A stretch of 64,000 nt of DNA, taken from contig CAXXYE010000009.1 in assembly GCA_963674865.2 (NCBI GenBank), positions 448,001-512,000 of the forward strand, given 5' to 3'. Of this stretch, positions 59,820-64,000 are shown piece by piece. Below the pieces are notes generated by a model, which did not search any database, was not told where the DNA came from, and worked only from the letters and a program-made list of their open reading frames with translations. Made by a program: the position numbers and the translations under genes. This stretch comes from Candidatus Hydrogenedentota bacterium (GTDB lineage: Bacteria > Hydrogenedentota > Hydrogenedentia > Hydrogenedentales > SLHB01). The first letter of the stretch is position 1; every line of letters begins with the position of its first letter.

Positions 59820-61310
59820 CTAGAGGTATCCCATCGCTCTGAGTTGCTCGACCGATTCCTCGTCCTGGCGAACCCATTCTGGCGGGCCGTAGACGGCGGC
59901 CAGGTCCTCATTACGCTTCATCTGGTTGAGGAGCGCGTCAATGAGCGCCTGGCGCTTGTCCGGCGCGAGGTCGGCCACTGGTTTGGTTTCGCCCGGGTCT
60001 TTTTCTCGGTCGTAAATCGTGAATTCCTTCGTGTCGACGTCGAGAATCACCTTGTAGGGCTCGACAATAACGCTGTAAAGCGGCCTTCGAGCCAGTTCGC
60101 TGGCAACGGCTTCGTTAGCTGTTGCTGTGCATTCGCCGGACGCCGAGAACAGGCTCTTGGCCTGCAAACCTTCCGGTATGGGCAGGCCCGCCAAGGTGAG
60201 GAGCGAGGGATACAGATCAAACATGCTTACGGCGCGTTCTACGCGCACGTGTGTCGTCGCGCCCGGCGGGCAGATGATCAGAGGTACGTGAAGCACTTCG
60301 TCGAACAAAGACCGGCCATGGCCTATGCCCCCGTGTTCGCGGAATTCCTCGCCGTGATCCGAGACAAAGGCTATGGTGGTGCGTGAACGGCAGCCAAGCT
60401 CGTCCACCTTGTCCAGGAGCCGCTTCAACTGATCGTCCACGTGGCGGATCTCGGCGTCGTAGCGCATGCGCAGGAAGTCAAGCCCTTCCGGCGAAAGCTC
60501 GCTCAACTTAACGCCTTCGAATGGCTGCTGCCCATGCACCCACGCCTCGTATACGCCGTGGTAGCGTCGGACGATCTTCATGTCGCGTTCCGACGGGGCG
60601 GCCACGTCGCCAAAGAGTGTTTGGAAGCTTTCCTGGGGCGGGTTGTAGGGATGGTGCGGATCAATGGCGTGAACGTACAAGAAGAAGGGCTCCTGAACGT
60701 CTTTGTCGAGCCAATCCAGCACGAGGTCCATCTGCGGCTTCGGGTCGATGAAGCGCCCAAAATGTCGTTTCTCGAAGCCTTGCATGAATCCGTATTCTTC
60801 TTGAAGATGCGTATTGGACTGGAAGATCGCCGTGTGATAGCCACCCGCCAGGAAGGCCTCTCCCATGGTGAGGAAGGCGTCCCGGAGCACCTGCGCCTCG
60901 TAATAGGCCTGGTTGTTGTCCCGTCGCGACACCGTCGCTTGGTGAACGGAGGCTTGCACGCCCGTCAACATCGACGCTACGGAGGGCCGCGTCCACGAGC
61001 ATTGCGCGTAACACCGCTCGAAGAGGAATCCTTGTTCGGCGAGGGCGTCGATCGTTGGTGACGTGGGACGGTCATAGCCGTAGCAGCCGAGGTGCCGCGC
61101 CCCAAGCGTGTCCGACAGGAAGACGATAACGTTGGGCTTGGCTGGATGGACAGCCGCCGACGGTGTGTCGGGGCGTGTCTCTGAAGTCGCCTCGGCCTGG
61201 ACGGGGTCCGGCCGCGCGCCGCAGCCGACCAGGAAGCCAAGGCAAACCAAGGAGGCAGCCCACAGCAAGAAGCGCCGCCGCATCGGCGGCTTTGGATTAG
61301 CCAGAGTCAT
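59820..61310 (-). CDS. Sulfatase-like (alkaline phosphatase superfamily) lipoprotein
   Basis: Lipobox LVGC, PNVIVFLSDTL, WTRPSVASMLTG, DPHHPY, SDHGEEF, C-terminal LRAMGYL. Confidence 0.85.
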   Translation of the reverse strand: MTLANPKPPMRRRFLLWAASLVCLGFLVGCGARPDPVQAEATSETRPDTPSAAVHPAKPNVIVFLSDTLGARHLGCYGYDRPTSPTIDALAEQGFLFERCYAQCSWTRPSVASMLTGVQASVHQATVSRRDNNQAYYEAQVLRDAFLTMGEAFLAGGYHTAIFQSNTHLQEEYGFMQGFEKRHFGRFIDPKPQMDLVLDWLDKDVQEPFFLYVHAIDPHHPYNPPQESFQTLFGDVAAPSERDMKIVRRYHGVYEAWVHGQQPFEGVKLSELSPEGLDFLRMRYDAEIRHVDDQLKRLLDKVDELGCRSRTTIAFVSDHGEEFREHGGIGHGRSLFDEVLHVPLIICPPGATTHVRVERAVSMFDLYPSLLTLAGLPIPEGLQAKSLFSASGECTATANEAVASELARRPLYSVIVEPYKVILDVDTKEFTIYDREKDPGETKPVADLAPDKRQALIDALLNQMKRNEDLAAVYGPPEWVRQDEESVEQLRAMGYL

Positions 61311-61500
61311 TGCCTTGCCGGTTTTCCGAAGTGTCGAACAAACGCCTTCTGGGCCATGATAGCCCACGGAATGAAAGACCCGCAAGAAAAGGGCTTTTTC
61401 CGGTCATCGGCGGATAACTCGATCGCGCCGCGCACACGGTGCTCTAAGACGGCCCCATCTCTTGAGACGTGCTCACCAAACGGGTGAAGAAACGAATTTC

Positions 61501-61535
61501 GCTAATGTCTTTACTTCCAATGACTTGACGCGCGG
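61501..61535 (-). repeat. Dispersed ~35-bp intergenic motif (copy C)
   Basis: Reverse complement CCGCGCGTCAAGTCATTGGAAGTAAAGACATTAGC matches 22688-22722 at 30/35. Confidence 0.6.
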
Positions 61536-61749
61536 CGCAATTGGCAAGCCGGCCACCGGGGCTCTTTCGGCGAGCGTCGGGCAACTCGACTGCGTTGCGC
61601 GACGGGCGACTCGGCCAGCGGGGGGTGATTGCCTGGGGCGTGAGGCCCCCAGTTCCGGCGTTTCCGCGCCGCACTTTCATCCTCGGCTCGCCTCAGTTTG
61701 TCCGCATTCGCGACACGATCTAGACTGTGCCATGGTCGAGGACATTTCA

Positions 61750-62598
61750 ATGAATCCTGAGAGCGGACACGCAAACCGCCCGGTCATCCGCGAGGTCGCC
61801 TGCAAGACGGTCTTGAATCGTTCGGCCATCAGTGATTACTCGCTGAATTGCTACACGGGGTGCGCCCATGCCTGCGCTTATTGCTATGCCCGGTTCATGC
61901 AGCGCTTTCACCCGCACGAAGAGCCGTGGGGCGCGTTTGTGGATGTGAAGGCCAATGCGCCGGATGCGCTCGCGCGCCAGTTGCGCCGCCTGCCTCCCGG
62001 CAATGTCTTCGTGAGTAGTGCCTGCGACGGCTGGCAACCTATCGAGCAGGAGCGACGCCTCACGCGTGAGTGTTGCCGTCTGCTGCTCGAACACGGCTTC
62101 AGGGTGAGTGCGCTCACCAAGAGCGCCGGAGTGGCGCGCGACTTTGATCTGTTTGCCGGGCGGAACGCCCGAATTGGCGTCACCATCACTACCCTCGACG
62201 AAGACCTCCGCCGTATCTGGGAGCCTCACGCGAGTAGCGTCGAGGAGCGGCTCGACGTCTTGCGCCGGGCCCGCACTGCGGGCATCGAAACCGCGGTTAT
62301 GTTCGGCCCCCTTCTGCCCTTTCTCTACGATGATCAGCGGGCCGTTAGCGCCCTTTTTGAAGAGGCGGCCGCCCTTGATGTGAATGTTATCTGGGTGGAC
62401 GGACTCAATCCTCGCCCGAAGGTGTGGGAGTCTCTTCGCAGATTATTGCTGGGGGAGCGTCCCGATCTCGTTGAGCGTTACCGCCGCATACTGTTCTCGC
62501 CGGCCGTCCGCCGCGCCTATCTAAGGGGCATTCGGGAGCGTGTCGACCGGGCCGCGCGGCGGTTCCACATGCTCGATCGGCTCGCGGGGTGTCCGTAA
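61750..62598 (+). CDS. Radical SAM protein, spore photoproduct lyase-like family
   Basis: NCYTGCAHACAYCYA (CxxxCxxC), DGWQPIE, LTKS, WEPHASS. Confidence 0.85.
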   Translation: MNPESGHANRPVIREVACKTVLNRSAISDYSLNCYTGCAHACAYCYARFMQRFHPHEEPWGAFVDVKANAPDALARQLRRLPPGNVFVSSACDGWQPIEQERRLTRECCRLLLEHGFRVSALTKSAGVARDFDLFAGRNARIGVTITTLDEDLRRIWEPHASSVEERLDVLRRARTAGIETAVMFGPLLPFLYDDQRAVSALFEEAAALDVNVIWVDGLNPRPKVWESLRRLLLGERPDLVERYRRILFSPAVRRAYLRGIRERVDRAARRFHMLDRLAGCP

Positions 62599-62610
62599 GT
62601 TACGGCCGGT

Positions 62611-63222
62611 TCAGACGGCAAGGCCCGCATCGGACTTGGGCGTCGACGGCGTCGGTTCGGGCGCGTTGAGTTCCCGAACCTGATCCAGCACCTTGCGCAG
62701 ATTGCCGACGTCCGGAGAATCGGGCGCGAGTGCCGAAGCCGCGTCCAACTCGTCCCGGCAGCGCTCGATGAGTGGCGGGATACGCCACACCTGGCCGAGT
62801 TCAACGAGCAATAAGATCTGCCTGAGGCGAATCTTCGCCAAGCTCAGATGGCACCGCAATTCGAAGTATTTTGCCGAGCCGAACCGCTTGATTGGATTTT
62901 TTCCGCCGTTGCGGTTGAAGAGGTCAAGCGCCGTCTCGATTTCTCCCTGGGCTATCACCAGCGAAGGCGACTTCTTGAGCAGGTAGGACTCCCCGAGGTA
63001 GAGGTGTGCGCCTGCGTCATTCGGGCGTTCGAGCAGATGCGCCTTGAACTTGAGAATGGCCTCGTCGTACTGCGCCTCGAGATAGGCAAACTCTCCTTTG
63101 GAAAACAAGTCTTCTGTCTGCGCCTGCTTGCCGCAACCTCCCAACGTCGACGCGCAGAGGATGGCCGTCAGCAAAGCAACTCTGGCCGAGTGATACGCGA
63201 AGGCTCGCAATACGGCTTTCAC
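62611..63222 (-). CDS. TPR-like lipoprotein
   Basis: Lipobox LGGC and TPR pattern (QYDEAI..F...PNDAGAHLYLGESY). Confidence 0.7.
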   Translation of the reverse strand: MKAVLRAFAYHSARVALLTAILCASTLGGCGKQAQTEDLFSKGEFAYLEAQYDEAILKFKAHLLERPNDAGAHLYLGESYLLKKSPSLVIAQGEIETALDLFNRNGGKNPIKRFGSAKYFELRCHLSLAKIRLRQILLLVELGQVWRIPPLIERCRDELDAASALAPDSPDVGNLRKVLDQVRELNAPEPTPSTPKSDAGLAV

Positions 63223-63465
63223 TTGTTACCACCTTATGAAGGCTATCGCAACTTGTCGGTTTAGCCGGGCTGCCGCAGGCCTTGGAGTCCTGCCAGCGAG
63301 AACAGTCTGGCGGCAATGTCCCGGGATGCAGCTTCTCTAACGTTCGTTTGCCAGTCTACTGCCGGAACGGCCCGCGTAGCAAGATTGCGGAAGAAGCGCG
63401 ACGCCCGGCCCCTATGTGTTTCATGGAGGCATAGGAATCGGTAGGCTCCAGTAGGGGAATTCGAC

Positions 63466-63494
63466 TTGACAAAGGGGGGCTCCGGCGCTATAAT
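63466..63494 (+). promoter_or_regulatory. Consensus sigma-70 promoter of rex
   Basis: TTGACA (63466-63471) - N17 - TATAAT (63489-63494). Confidence 0.85.
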
Positions 63495-63496
63495 TC

Positions 63497-63514
63497 TTGT
63501 GAAATCCTTCACAG
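63497..63514. promoter_or_regulatory. Rex operator (ROP)
   Basis: TTGTGAAATCCTTCACAG versus consensus TTGTGAAnnnnTTCACAA (one mismatch). Extra half-site TTCACAA at 63525-63531. Confidence 0.85.
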
Positions 63515-63555
63515 CGTTACTGTGTTCACAAGCATTATTTCATCGGAGAATCTCT

Positions 63556-64000
63556 GTGGCATCTGACAAGACTATAGGCCGCTTAAGTAGGTATAGAAGA
63601 ATACTTTACAGTCTTCAGGCATCCGGAAAAGCCAACGTGTATTCACACGAGCTTGCCAGACTTGCCCGTGGAACTGCGGCCCAAGTGCGACGGGATCTGA
63701 TGGTTCTTGGGTGCACAGGCAGCCCGACTCACGGCTATGACGTGGATTGCCTTATCGAGAGTGTCGCCCAGGTGCTGGACGCGCCGGAAGGGCAGCGGGT
63801 GGCTCTGGTGGGCATCGGCAACCTGGGCCGCGCCGTTCTCGCTTACTTCGTGGGGCGTCGGCCGAAACTTTCCATTGTGGCGGCGTTCGATAAGGATCCT
63901 CAGAAGGTTGAGCGCGTAACGCACGGATGCCCGTGCCTTCCGATGGATAGTCTGGGGAAGACCATTCGGGAGAAGTGCATTGAGGTGGGCATCATCACCG
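63556..64000 (+). CDS. rex: Redox-sensing transcriptional repressor Rex (5' part; runs off the window; not in ORF track)
   Basis: GTG start after GGAG: MASDKTIGRLSRYRR...SHELA..AAQVRRDL..G....GY...LVGIGNLGRA...AAFDKDPQK. Confidence 0.93.
   Translation, partial: MASDKTIGRLSRYRRILYSLQASGKANVYSHELARLARGTAAQVRRDLMVLGCTGSPTHGYDVDCLIESVAQVLDAPEGQRVALVGIGNLGRAVLAYFVGRRPKLSIVAAFDKDPQKVERVTHGCPCLPMDSLGKTIREKCIEVGIIT

Noticed and set aside
61750..62598. Radical SAM gene as the missing AmmeMemoRadiSam partner or a RiPP maturase
   Set aside because: Its motifs fit the SPL-like family, it has no SPASM domain or precursor peptide, and it lies 40 kb from the MEMO gene.
63643..63924. ORF-track calls 63643..63924 (-) and 63707..63919 (+)
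   Set aside because: Both lie inside the rex reading frame that starts at 63556.

Overview
GC-rich bacterial chromosomal window with about 50 protein-coding genes. I saw no rRNA, tRNA, CRISPR array, integrase, transposase or prophage. The gene content points to a diderm lineage, most plausibly Candidatus Hydrogenedentota (inference only). The clues are a prepilin/DUF1559/H-X9-DG protein with a 'YRLREGxxRFLxTDxNNPA' segment, a non-cellulosomal dockerin, an LpxC-FabZ fusion and Tat-exported Gfo/Idh/MocA enzymes. Carbohydrate-scavenging genes dominate: sugar-phosphate isomerases, transaldolase, GH2, GH130, beta-propeller glycosidases and a sulfatase-like enzyme. Envelope genes (skp-lpxD-lpxC/fabZ), MsrBA, YhaM, a hybrid histidine kinase and the 5' part of rex are also present. 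The best leads are: (1) a five-gene minus-strand cluster of a PTS-EIIA-CBS fusion, an ArsB/NhaD-type permease, a Cys-motif periplasmic protein and a MacB-type ABC permease plus ATPase; (2) two tandem 879-aa secreted paralogues whose differences include radical swaps inside conserved motifs; (3) a dispersed ~35-bp intergenic motif; (4) a sigma-28-type promoter before an acidic DxDxDG-repeat protein; (5) a CPD/CPE-type carboxypeptidase fused to a dockerin; (6) a 38-aa membrane microprotein missing from the ORF track; (7) a consensus sigma-70 promoter overlapped by a Rex operator. Family assignments come from motif recognition by eye, not from database searches.
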